Below, piece after piece: positions 9,098 through 17,465 of a stretch of 64,000 bases of DNA (positions within the stretch are counted from its first letter, which is position 1; each line of letters starts with the position of its first letter). The notes beneath the pieces are model-generated. The model searched no databases. It had not been told where the DNA came from and saw only the letters and a program-made list of their open reading frames with translations. The stretch lies in the NCBI GenBank assembly GCA_963668355.1, contig OY764265.1:1280001-1344000 (forward strand). Reading direction: 5' to 3'. This DNA is from Bdellovibrionota bacterium (lineage in GTDB: Bacteria > Bdellovibrionota_G > JALEGL01 > DATDPG01). The position numbers were made by a program, and so were the translations under genes.

Positions 9098-10326
9098 CAA
9101 GACAGTTCCCTTGGCAAAGGGAGGGAACACTCCCAAATCGCCTCTCCATTTTCGTTGAGTAAATTCATATGAACTCGATTAATATTCTCAAGTTCCTCTC
9201 TTGAAAAGAACACGCCCACTTCCCCAATACTCGAATCAAATGCCTCCTCGGTTTTTAGTTGTGTGCCATTTCTTCCTTCGGTGAAAACCTTTAACGTGAC
9301 AGCCTGTGGGAAACCTTGAAATCGAAGAAGATCCTCAAAAAGAACTTCTTCGCGTTCTGAGAGAAAAGCTTGGATTTCGGCTGAGGAAACAATGAGGGTG
9401 GCTCCGTCTTCCCGAACCTCAAACCAACGGGCAGGCTCGTAAAGATATACATCGTCTTTGTCGCTGTTGTTCAAGCGGTTTGTAGGAGATTCATACAATG
9501 TAAAAGGCCTGTTCCAGGGCGTCTGAGATGCAGAGAATTGAATGGCTACATGCTCAGAATCAATGACTAGAAGAGGATCTGTGACCGTAAATTCGTTATC
9601 TTGGGAAGGTTTAAAGATGTACTCTCGCCCATTCGGATTCCCCAACTTAAGCGCATAGGAATCGTAATGATTTTCGGTGAGTTCAAAAGATGTGGAAATC
9701 GTAGACGTATATTTTTCCCCCAATAATTCTTTGAAGAGTTTGTGGGGAAAATGCAACGCTTGCTGAATCGTTAGGCTTGTGACGTTGTCTAATTGGGTTA
9801 CACGGTGATTGGAGCCAGTAAAGACATTTTTCAGATGGGATCCAAAAGCTTTCTCGTGAATGCTTCTTAGGCGCAACTGGAGGCCTTCGGACGTAAGTTT
9901 AAATGTGGCATAAAATTCCAGTCGATAAACGGGCAGGTAGTGTTCCAACACGTTTACAACAAAAATCACTTTGCTTTCTTCTGAAACGATTTTCAAAAAA
10001 GAAATGATGTTTTCTTGGGCTGAGTTGAGAATATGTCCCTGAAAATCATAGACGACCTGCCCTTGATCTAGAACTGTAGAGAGCTGAAATACTTGACTCC
10101 CTTCTGACAGAAGTCTTCCAATCTGTTTTGCGAGGTCCTCTCGATCTATGTCGGCCATTGGTGGCTTTACGTCTTCTTGAGGATCAGCATCTGTGTGGGT
10201 GAGAGAATCCGGAAGCGTGGCAGATGGAATTTCGGGATCTACCTTAAGGGTGAAATCGGGACTTGGACAACCAGAGAAGAGCAAGCAAGAGAAAAAAATT
10301 ATGAGGTTTGTTCTTTTTTGATTCAT
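9097..10326 (-). CDS. Lipoprotein of unknown function
   Basis: Lipobox LLFSG|C; 409 aa; coupled to both neighbours. Confidence 0.7.
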   Translation of the reverse strand: MNQKRTNLIIFFSCLLFSGCPSPDFTLKVDPEIPSATLPDSLTHTDADPQEDVKPPMADIDREDLAKQIGRLLSEGSQVFQLSTVLDQGQVVYDFQGHILNSAQENIISFLKIVSEESKVIFVVNVLEHYLPVYRLEFYATFKLTSEGLQLRLRSIHEKAFGSHLKNVFTGSNHRVTQLDNVTSLTIQQALHFPHKLFKELLGEKYTSTISTSFELTENHYDSYALKLGNPNGREYIFKPSQDNEFTVTDPLLVIDSEHVAIQFSASQTPWNRPFTLYESPTNRLNNSDKDDVYLYEPARWFEVREDGATLIVSSAEIQAFLSEREEVLFEDLLRFQGFPQAVTLKVFTEGRNGTQLKTEEAFDSSIGEVGVFFSREELENINRVHMNLLNENGEAIWECSLPLPRELS

Positions 10327-11954
10327 TTTACTCTCCTGATAGGGAAATTGACCTTTTCATTATTTGAATAAAGAACATCCAGAAGGGAGTTGGAAGAGGA
10401 CGAAAAATAGAAACGCAAAAGATCGTTCTGACTCAAATTGGCATAGTTCATGACAACCCCAGAGGGGTTTCCACTTTCCTGGACTTTGATCTGATGTGCT
10501 TCAAGAATGACGTCTATCCCCAGTGTTGGCAGTGTCATATGCTGGTAAAGAAGGTTTCCGCTATTTTTGTCGATGGCAAAAGTACTTGAAGTTTGGTTGG
10601 TTGGGTCAAAGACATGAAGCCAAAGAGCATTTTCTTCCGGTGCCTCCTCATAAGCCTCGAGCGTTTCACTCCGACCCAATGGTATCCTCAGACCAGGCCC
10701 TCGTTCCGTGTTTATTTCGAAGCGATCTCCGTCCAGGAACCGAACGTTCATCTGTTTGTCCGAGGTAATGAAATGAGACTTGCCCGAATGTTCTCGATCT
10801 TTGTGTCGAATCAATGGGGCCCGGTAACTTGAATTCAAATTTCGCACCAAATCGGAGGAGCGAAATCGGTCTTCCAGACTATTTCGCCGAACTGTGAATT
10901 CAGACCAAGAATCATGATAAGAAGTAAGATCCAAAGCTTCTTTCCGAAGCTGAGTCAAATCACTTTTCTCAAGATAAACAAGCTTGATTTTTTCGTATTG
11001 AACTTTTTCGCTTGAAGAAAGCCCGCCTGGATTCTCCTGAGCCTTGATTACCAAATCGTGATCCTTTTTGAGCCGAGATTGCTCTGCGGCATTAATTCGA
11101 GTGCCCACATATTGGCTATTCCAGTCTTGAGAAAAGCCTCTCAATTCACCTGTCGTTACTTCTCGAGGAAGATTCGAAGCCCAATCCGCAAATCGATTCA
11201 AATACTCGTCTAAATTTTCATCATCCTCAATAAAAACTTGTGTTCGAACTTCATGAATCGCTTGAGACCAAAGTTGAGCCAATTGCCACTCCGTAACATA
11301 GGCGTCGTTGGACTTTCCAAAAATCTCAAAGAGAAGTTCTTCAGGAAAAACATATCGCATGATTCGGCTTCCAAGCCTCTCTACGGCGCCTTTACTTGCA
11401 TAGCCAAAATAAATCTTGAATTCAACACCCGGATTGTTGATGGCTTTTAAGACTCGCTGTGTATCGTCAAAATCCAGAATAAATGAAAATACTCCGCTCT
11501 TTCCGTAGGTTTCTTGTTGGACACCTTGAATCGGTTGACTTTGAACCCAACGATTTTCTCCCGGAATCTTCAAATCGATATCCATGAGGTTCGCATGAAT
11601 TCGATGAATCGCCCCGCTCCCCCCACGAGAGGAAAAGTATTCTTTTATTCCTTTTTCAAGGCCATGAATGTCCAGAACCAGATGAACTCTTAGAACGTTT
11701 TTTACTTCTCCATCCCAGCGCTCTCGCTCCAAATTATAAGAAATTCCAAATCGCCCGGGGTTTTCGACGAATAGAAGTGGTGGTGTGTAGTATGTAACGA
11801 TTTTGCCCGAAACTTGATCGGTCTTTTGGAGAACATAGATGGGATAGGGCTTTCCGCCTAGGACCACCTCGACCCACTCGCCGTTTCCACGTGCGGCCGA
11901 AGAAAGCAAAAGCACTAAGGCGGCGAAAAAAAACCCTAACCGCAAAAATCCCAT
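10323..11954 (-). CDS. Secreted protein, paralog family member P3
   Basis: RBS AAGGAG; signal peptide; shares EIFGKS.DAYVT..QL and KIKLV..EKSDL with 12981-14426. Confidence 0.75.
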   Translation of the reverse strand: MGFLRLGFFFAALVLLLSSAARGNGEWVEVVLGGKPYPIYVLQKTDQVSGKIVTYYTPPLLFVENPGRFGISYNLERERWDGEVKNVLRVHLVLDIHGLEKGIKEYFSSRGGSGAIHRIHANLMDIDLKIPGENRWVQSQPIQGVQQETYGKSGVFSFILDFDDTQRVLKAINNPGVEFKIYFGYASKGAVERLGSRIMRYVFPEELLFEIFGKSNDAYVTEWQLAQLWSQAIHEVRTQVFIEDDENLDEYLNRFADWASNLPREVTTGELRGFSQDWNSQYVGTRINAAEQSRLKKDHDLVIKAQENPGGLSSSEKVQYEKIKLVYLEKSDLTQLRKEALDLTSYHDSWSEFTVRRNSLEDRFRSSDLVRNLNSSYRAPLIRHKDREHSGKSHFITSDKQMNVRFLDGDRFEINTERGPGLRIPLGRSETLEAYEEAPEENALWLHVFDPTNQTSSTFAIDKNSGNLLYQHMTLPTLGIDVILEAHQIKVQESGNPSGVVMNYANLSQNDLLRFYFSSSSNSLLDVLYSNNEKVNFPIRRVK

Positions 11955-12193
11955 TTAACTCCTTCCTTGTCACCAACTCCTTCGAGAGAATGAAATTCCG
12001 GCGTGTAATAGTAGGGTGAGCAAGTGTTGGAAATGGAATCATTGACAGAAACCGACACATCCATACGACCTGGATGGAGGAGGCTGGTGACCCCAGTGGG
12101 ATTCCCTTCAACCGCATTGACTGTTCCAGGAACAGCAAAGTCAAACAATAGATGAACGGTGGGAGCGCGAAATTTTATGATTCGGTTGTTCAT
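11936..12193 (-). CDS. Small ORF, possibly a truncated paralog
   Basis: Fills the gap in the operon; YYYTP resembles YYTP/YIYSP in P3/P1. Confidence 0.4.
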   Translation of the reverse strand: MNNRIIKFRAPTVHLLFDFAVPGTVNAVEGNPTGVTSLLHPGRMDVSVSVNDSISNTCSPYYYTPEFHSLEGVGDKEGVKWDFCG

Positions 12194-12204
12194 TCCATTC
12201 GGCC

Positions 12205-12972
12205 TCAGAGGACGCCCTCTTCCAAGAAGCGCTCAAGAGAAGAACGGGAAATCAAGTAGACAGGCCATTCGAATATTTTCATGATTTCCAAGCGATTCTT
12301 CTCCATGACCTCAAGCTGAATTTGAGGAATTTGACGTCCTTGGTGCAATAGAGGGGCGGGTTTTTCATAGGCATTCTTCACAAAACCACCTCCACCACCG
12401 AATAAACCCCACAACACCCTAGCTTCTCCCTCTGGACGATCCTCGGTCTCAACCCTGCCTCCAACGCTAAAGGGGCCCCAAAGAAATTTACTCTCGCCCG
12501 ACTTCTGGGTCTGGGCCGGATGAGATTTGTGTTGCCGGGGGGTCTCACCGAAAAGATTCCATAGCTCGTTAGCACCTTTTTCGTCTTGTTCCAGTTCAGA
12601 TCCGTAAACGATGGGCTTTGAGGTCTTCAATCCATAGGTTGTAAAAGCCTCATAGTGATGCAGTTCACCGATGGGCTTTTCAGTGTCTTGAATGTCATCA
12701 AAAAATTCATTAAAAGAATTCGTATGCCCCAAATTCAAATTTCGAAAGAAGCGATTGAGTTGCTTGCGTGTGAGCCATACTTCATCTGAATTCTGGGCAC
12801 CGAAAAACAATTCATTGATGGCTTGTTGAATCCAGATCATCGGTATGGACTCGTTATTCTCTGAACTTCGGAATGTGCTTATAACATCGCTAGGACGATA
12901 TTGAGCAGACGCATTTTGGATCCAAAACGTCGAAATCAAAGCCATTATAATGAGAAAAGTTGGGTGTTTCAT
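12205..12972 (-). CDS. Secreted protein, paralog family member P2
   Basis: RBS AGGAGG; signal ..QNASA|Q; FFGAQNSDEVWLTRKQL and VLWGLFGGG shared with P1. Confidence 0.75.
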   Translation of the reverse strand: MKHPTFLIIMALISTFWIQNASAQYRPSDVISTFRSSENNESIPMIWIQQAINELFFGAQNSDEVWLTRKQLNRFFRNLNLGHTNSFNEFFDDIQDTEKPIGELHHYEAFTTYGLKTSKPIVYGSELEQDEKGANELWNLFGETPRQHKSHPAQTQKSGESKFLWGPFSVGGRVETEDRPEGEARVLWGLFGGGGGFVKNAYEKPAPLLHQGRQIPQIQLEVMEKNRLEIMKIFEWPVYLISRSSLERFLEEGVL

Positions 12973-12980
12973 TGTTCCTC

Positions 12981-14426
12981 CTAACGAATTCGTCGCGGCG
13001 AACCCTTTGTGGGGAGTTTTGTGTTGGGATAAGAATCATGAAGCTTACGAAGCAGTGCCTTGTCATACTCAATCGTATGAAGCACGGTATGAACCTTTGC
13101 ACCCACAGGCACGAGATTGTTTCCTTTCAAAATTCTCACATCAAAGGTGCTTTTCACGAATCGATTCAGATCTGAGCGGACAACCTCATAGAGTTTTTGC
13201 TTTAAAGGATCGGATTTCTTTCCCTCCCAATGATGCTTTTCAGCCATCTCTTTGGAAAATTTCTTAAATGTTTCAAGCGCTTCCATTTTTTCACTCTCGC
13301 TTGAACCGGCTACACCTCCGCCAAAGAGCCCCCAAAGTACCTTTACGCCAACTCCACCGCTTTTCTTGGAATACTCCTGATAAAGTTTTTTCATGGCATC
13401 GATGGATTCGTAGGCCTCAGCTCGTTGATCGTCTGTAAGGGTTGTAAAATCTAAGGAAAAGAATTCGCTTGTGGGATCCAAGCCGAAATTCGTCGGAATG
13501 TCATCAATCGTAAAATCTTCAAGTCTTTTTGCGCGCGCACTGGCTTGATCCATGTATTTTTCGGCCAGACGAATAAAGGTCTTGAGCAAATCCTCATCTT
13601 GAACATTGATAACCGTACGATTGTCCTCAGCAATGTTTGTCATGAAATTAAATAATTGCTCTTGGGTAGCCCAGACACGATCGCGTTTTCCAAACATTTC
13701 ACGCTCAAGGTTTGAATCGATGGTTACATTCATCTCCTGAGAAAGATTTCCCCCACCGATGTTCTCGGAAACACGCAAGTATCGCAGAACAAAGCCAAAA
13801 CCTTGCTGAAGTCGGGCTTCAAATTCATCCAAATACTCTTCGGGAACCTCAAATCGAACCGGCAAGACTTCCGCGTTCTGAATTCCCGTACTATCCATAT
13901 CCGACTCGTGGGGAAATCGAACATAGATCTCAAAAGGAATTTGGTATTCAAATTCAGCCATAAAATCCAAACTAATCAGCGGAACGGGAACCAGGTTTGA
14001 AAATCGCATGGGCATGCGCTCCAAGTGGCTGATGGTGTTAATCATTCGCCGAACGGCGGCGCTATTATATCGAACCAAGAAGAGTGTAACCGTGGCGTGG
14101 CTATCACCGTCTAAACCCTCAACCATGTATAACGCATGCTCGGCATCCGGCGCGCGTAGGAAGTGAAGACAGGGCGAATAGATATATCTGATTTTGTTGG
14201 GTGCTGCGATTGCGTCGTTCTTTGAAGAGGCCCAAAGGCTGATATCCACACCTAAGTCACCACATGGAACGACAGCATCTGGAATATCCGTCGGAATCGC
14301 CAGCCCCTTGTTCAAATGCTCCGTATGAATCGAACGAACAGTCGGTTTTCGTCGTTCCCGAGTATTAGCCGAAGCTGGGGTTGCAGCTAGACTCATGATC
14401 GTGATAAGCAAAAATAGTGTTTTCAT
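12981..14426 (-). CDS. Secreted protein, paralog family member P1
   Basis: RBS GGAG; signal ..TPASA|N; Gly-rich SGGVGVKVLWGLFGGGVAGSS. Confidence 0.8.
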   Translation of the reverse strand: MKTLFLLITIMSLAATPASANTRERRKPTVRSIHTEHLNKGLAIPTDIPDAVVPCGDLGVDISLWASSKNDAIAAPNKIRYIYSPCLHFLRAPDAEHALYMVEGLDGDSHATVTLFLVRYNSAAVRRMINTISHLERMPMRFSNLVPVPLISLDFMAEFEYQIPFEIYVRFPHESDMDSTGIQNAEVLPVRFEVPEEYLDEFEARLQQGFGFVLRYLRVSENIGGGNLSQEMNVTIDSNLEREMFGKRDRVWATQEQLFNFMTNIAEDNRTVINVQDEDLLKTFIRLAEKYMDQASARAKRLEDFTIDDIPTNFGLDPTSEFFSLDFTTLTDDQRAEAYESIDAMKKLYQEYSKKSGGVGVKVLWGLFGGGVAGSSESEKMEALETFKKFSKEMAEKHHWEGKKSDPLKQKLYEVVRSDLNRFVKSTFDVRILKGNNLVPVGAKVHTVLHTIEYDKALLRKLHDSYPNTKLPTKGSPRRIR

Positions 14427-14514
14427 CGCTTACTCCGTTGGTTGTTTTTTGAAATAATCCGTGACGAATTAACCGAAAACGCTAACCGAAGAATATGTGT
14501 CCCTCGAGCCACGA

Positions 14515-15264
14515 TTATTGTCCGCCTCTCTTGCGTGGCTTTGGAAGTTTCCTTCGTCTAGGCATTTTGGGTGGTTTAGGTGACTTTGTTTCATCTAACT
14601 CTTCATCATCTCCAGTTCCCCTTTTTTTCTTTGGCCCAAACCATTTTTGAGGCAACCCTTCCATGTCATCTCTCAGTTCGTCCATGTCATCCATGAACTT
14701 GCCAAAACCATTTCGGTTTCCATTTTCGTCTGTGGCCAAATAGTTCTTGAACATTTCACCCAGAGGGCCGTCGTCCTCTTTGTAGTAGTTCTTCCACATG
14801 TCGACGTCCTGATACGCTTTATATTCATCCCAATATTCATCTCCGGGATTTTCTTCGCTCCCACGAGATCGTCGTCCACGATGGGAGCCAATCGGTTTAG
14901 GCATCTTGGGCATTCGTTTTCCATGGCCGCGCCCCTTCTTCATGCCGGGACCGCCATGGCCTCCTCGTTTATAGCGGTCGATGTCATCAAACCAAACATC
15001 CACATCAACACCTTCCAGGCGACCAAAGCTTTCCAGCTTAGCCATCCATTCCTCTTCAATTTCGTCGTCGGAATAACCTTCGCGTTGAAGGTACTCTTGG
15101 AATGTTTCATAAAGATCGCCATACGTTTCCATTTTCATTTCCTCCAGCATGTCTCGTGCCGAAAGCAGTCCGTTGCTTTCATAATCGGCAGCGAAGGTAA
15201 GGCCAACGCCGGCAAAATGAATTGCACCGAACAGAAAAAGCATTTGTACTTTTGGAACTGTCAT
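14515..15264 (-). CDS. Secreted low-complexity charge-block protein
   Basis: Likely start MTVPK at 15264; hydrophobic signal-like N-terminus; alternating acidic and Lys/Arg/Pro-rich blocks. Confidence 0.65.
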   Translation of the reverse strand: MTVPKVQMLFLFGAIHFAGVGLTFAADYESNGLLSARDMLEEMKMETYGDLYETFQEYLQREGYSDDEIEEEWMAKLESFGRLEGVDVDVWFDDIDRYKRGGHGGPGMKKGRGHGKRMPKMPKPIGSHRGRRSRGSEENPGDEYWDEYKAYQDVDMWKNYYKEDDGPLGEMFKNYLATDENGNRNGFGKFMDDMDELRDDMEGLPQKWFGPKKKRGTGDDEELDETKSPKPPKMPRRRKLPKPRKRGGQ

Positions 15265-15277
15265 GCTTGCTCGTGAA

Positions 15278-15293
15278 AGCAATTGGCATGCCA
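15278..15293 (-). promoter_or_regulatory. Sigma-54 (-24/-12) promoter
   Basis: Minus strand TGGCATGCCAATTGCT = GG-N10-GC, directly upstream of the leftward operon. Confidence 0.7.
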
Positions 15294-15425
15294 GTAAAAA
15301 TAAGGCGGATTTATGACCTCAAAACATATTTCCTTTTTTTCTGAGTCAAAATGTTCAAATTTAAAACAATTTGTACGTCAAAGAGGAAACCCTCTCTACG
15401 GAAAGCGCTTTCCCAGAGCTTTTTT

Positions 15426-15446
15426 GTTGGCATAGTAGTTGCCAAC
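15426..15446. promoter_or_regulatory. Palindromic sigma-54 site
   Basis: GTTGGCATAGTAGTTGCCAAC: 7-bp inverted arms, GG-N10-GC on both strands; best match on the plus strand. Confidence 0.65.
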
Positions 15447-15458
15447 TAAAAAAGGGTT

Positions 15459-16511
15459 TTGATCCAATATAGAAAATCCCTGGTGATCGCTATCACAATT
15501 ATTTTTTGCCTTGGTTTCGGGACACCCACATTCGCTCAGTTGGAACGCAGATATAAACCAAGAGAAGGTGAGGTTTCCTTATCCTATAGAGGAGAGACCT
15601 ATACGATTGTTTATGAGCCTAAGTATTCTCACTTCACAACAGAAATCCGACCCAAGGGGAAATCGGAATTTTCGTTCTATGATTTTGATTGGCATCGGTT
15701 CTTCAACCAACTTCTAGGGATGGAAGCTGAGCAATTGGAGACGAAAGAATATATCTTCTATCAGATCACGTCCCAATTGTTGGATATTGTTGAGAATGAG
15801 AACCTCTCCACAACAGAATTAGTCTCTTTAGTATATGCTTTTGTAAACCAACTTGGGGTGAATCCTCGACCAAGAGAATACGAGAACGCGATGTTGCTCC
15901 CCGTAGACCTTTTGCATTTGGGGCCCAAGACCCGCCAAGATTATCTAATATTAAATGCAGTTCTTTTATCTTCTCTATGTGTGGACATTCAAATGGTGGG
16001 GTATGGAGAAAAATGGCAACTGGCGGTGTTGGCGAACGAAAATCTAGAAGGGCAGAAGTACCGAATCGATGATTTTACATATGTGTTTGTTGATGGCGTG
16101 GCACGCTCAGGAAGCGAACAGTCCATTGGAAATGGTCTTGCCTCGACGATTGAAATCAATGAACGGTGTATAGGGGTAGACAAACATTATTCTCCAATTA
16201 ATTCATATCCAAATGTTTTGGCTCGGGCCTTTACAGAAAAAGTAGAAGAAGTGGGAAAGGGGACAAAGGAAAGGTTAAGTCGATCCCGAGGAGGGGGCTG
16301 GGAGGTTAACCTGGCACCAGCTGTGTCGGCCTTACACAAAGCAAGATCCGACCGAAATGTAGGTCATTTGTTTGATCCAAACGCAGGACGTCGTTTGGGT
16401 CGATCACGAACACAGGAGAGGACAAATAACCACCTGCTTTTGTTTGGACGGCGAGGCGATGGATTCGGAACCGTGAAAACAGAGCGTATGCCTCATCGGA
16501 GACAGCAATGA
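15459..16511 (+). CDS. Secreted transglutaminase-like pseudo-enzyme
   Basis: Signal ..TPTFA|Q; aligns by eye with the 7341-9097 paralogs (LVYAFVNQL, PVDLL, LLSSLCVD, YVFVD) but lacks GDCED and the catalytic His. Confidence 0.6.
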   Translation: MIQYRKSLVIAITIIFCLGFGTPTFAQLERRYKPREGEVSLSYRGETYTIVYEPKYSHFTTEIRPKGKSEFSFYDFDWHRFFNQLLGMEAEQLETKEYIFYQITSQLLDIVENENLSTTELVSLVYAFVNQLGVNPRPREYENAMLLPVDLLHLGPKTRQDYLILNAVLLSSLCVDIQMVGYGEKWQLAVLANENLEGQKYRIDDFTYVFVDGVARSGSEQSIGNGLASTIEINERCIGVDKHYSPINSYPNVLARAFTEKVEEVGKGTKERLSRSRGGGWEVNLAPAVSALHKARSDRNVGHLFDPNAGRRLGRSRTQERTNNHLLLFGRRGDGFGTVKTERMPHRRQQ

Positions 16512-16669
16512 AGAGCAAAAAGGCACATCCCGTAAGGACGTCCATTTCGATTCGTTTTCATAAAAAACGACAAAAGAAAGTATCCCTTGTGAACGTATTT
16601 TTAGTCACCGTAATTGCAATGGGCACCATCACTGCTGCACAGCTAACAATTTTAGCATTCGTTCCTTAA
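16508..16669 (+). CDS. Small membrane protein (53 aa)
   Basis: ATGA overlap with the upstream stop; MKSKKAHPVRTSISIRFHKKRQKKVSLVNVFLVTVIAMGTITAAQLTILAFVP. Confidence 0.45.
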   Translation: MKSKKAHPVRTSISIRFHKKRQKKVSLVNVFLVTVIAMGTITAAQLTILAFVP

Positions 16670-16791
16670 GTTTTATACAAATTGTTCCACAAATATCCGA
16701 ACCGCTTCAAATTCGGGACACCAAATATTTTGAAAGTTTCTCGAAGGAGCATTCAAGCAGGAAGCTCCTCACATTTACGACATTTTCATCA

Positions 16792-16807
16792 TGGCATTAG
16801 TTTTGCT
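16792..16807 (+). promoter_or_regulatory. Sigma-54 (-24/-12) promoter
   Basis: TGGCATTAGTTTTGCT = GG-N10-GC, about 40 bp upstream of ATG 16847. Confidence 0.7.
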
Positions 16808-16846
16808 TTGTAGATGACAAGAAAAATTATCATCAGGAGGCTACAC

Positions 16847-17455
16847 ATGAACGTTTCCCATCTAAATGTGATTTTGGGTTTTATTTTTTCGATTGCGATA
16901 TCAACAATTTCAAGCGCCGAAGAGTCATCAACCAGTTGGGTTCTTGTTGAAACGGATTTGTGTACAGGAGAAATGGAAATTCTCTCCGATAACGCCTTGG
17001 AGCTGGATAATGACACATTGAATGCTTTAGAAGAGAGAGTGGAAGATTTTTCCAGCCAATATCGTGCTTCAAAAGCTCAGGCTTGTTCGACGGATGCCGA
17101 TTGGGGGGATGAAGAAGAAACACATCGCCTCATGTGCAAACTTGTGGATGGGGTGGAAAGAGAAATTAAATGTTTTGACGTGAGTCGTGCAGAACGAAGA
17201 GAGATGCTCCAATGTTTCACAAATGGAGACTTCTATGAAACCGAATGGGGCATTGAGGCTGAGGGTGGTGGTTCCGCGCTGTTAAAAGGAATCTTTAGCG
17301 TTAAGGCAGAAGCGGGGGCCTCAAGGAACGGAAGGAAAAGATGGACGATGTGGACTTGTATAAACAATGACACGGGTGAAATCTTCAGCGGTTCCGCGGC
17401 AGAAATCAACGAAGTTATTCAAGAGTACAGAAAGTATTTGGAAAGCCATGAATAG
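16847..17455 (+). CDS. Secreted Cys-containing protein with Gly-rich hairpin
   Basis: RBS AGGAGG before ATG 16847; signal ..TISSA|EE; six Cys; WGIEAEGGGSALLKGIFSVKAEAGAS. Confidence 0.7.
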   Translation: MNVSHLNVILGFIFSIAISTISSAEESSTSWVLVETDLCTGEMEILSDNALELDNDTLNALEERVEDFSSQYRASKAQACSTDADWGDEEETHRLMCKLVDGVEREIKCFDVSRAERREMLQCFTNGDFYETEWGIEAEGGGSALLKGIFSVKAEAGASRNGRKRWTMWTCINNDTGEIFSGSAAEINEVIQEYRKYLESHE

Positions 17456-17465
17456 GAGAGAAGGC

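Noticed and set aside
14647..15276. 209-aa plus-strand ORF and other long antisense ORFs (e.g. 31458-32216, 55568-56239, 61537-62289)
   Set aside because: Shadow frames of well-supported opposite-strand genes, with no motifs or RBS.
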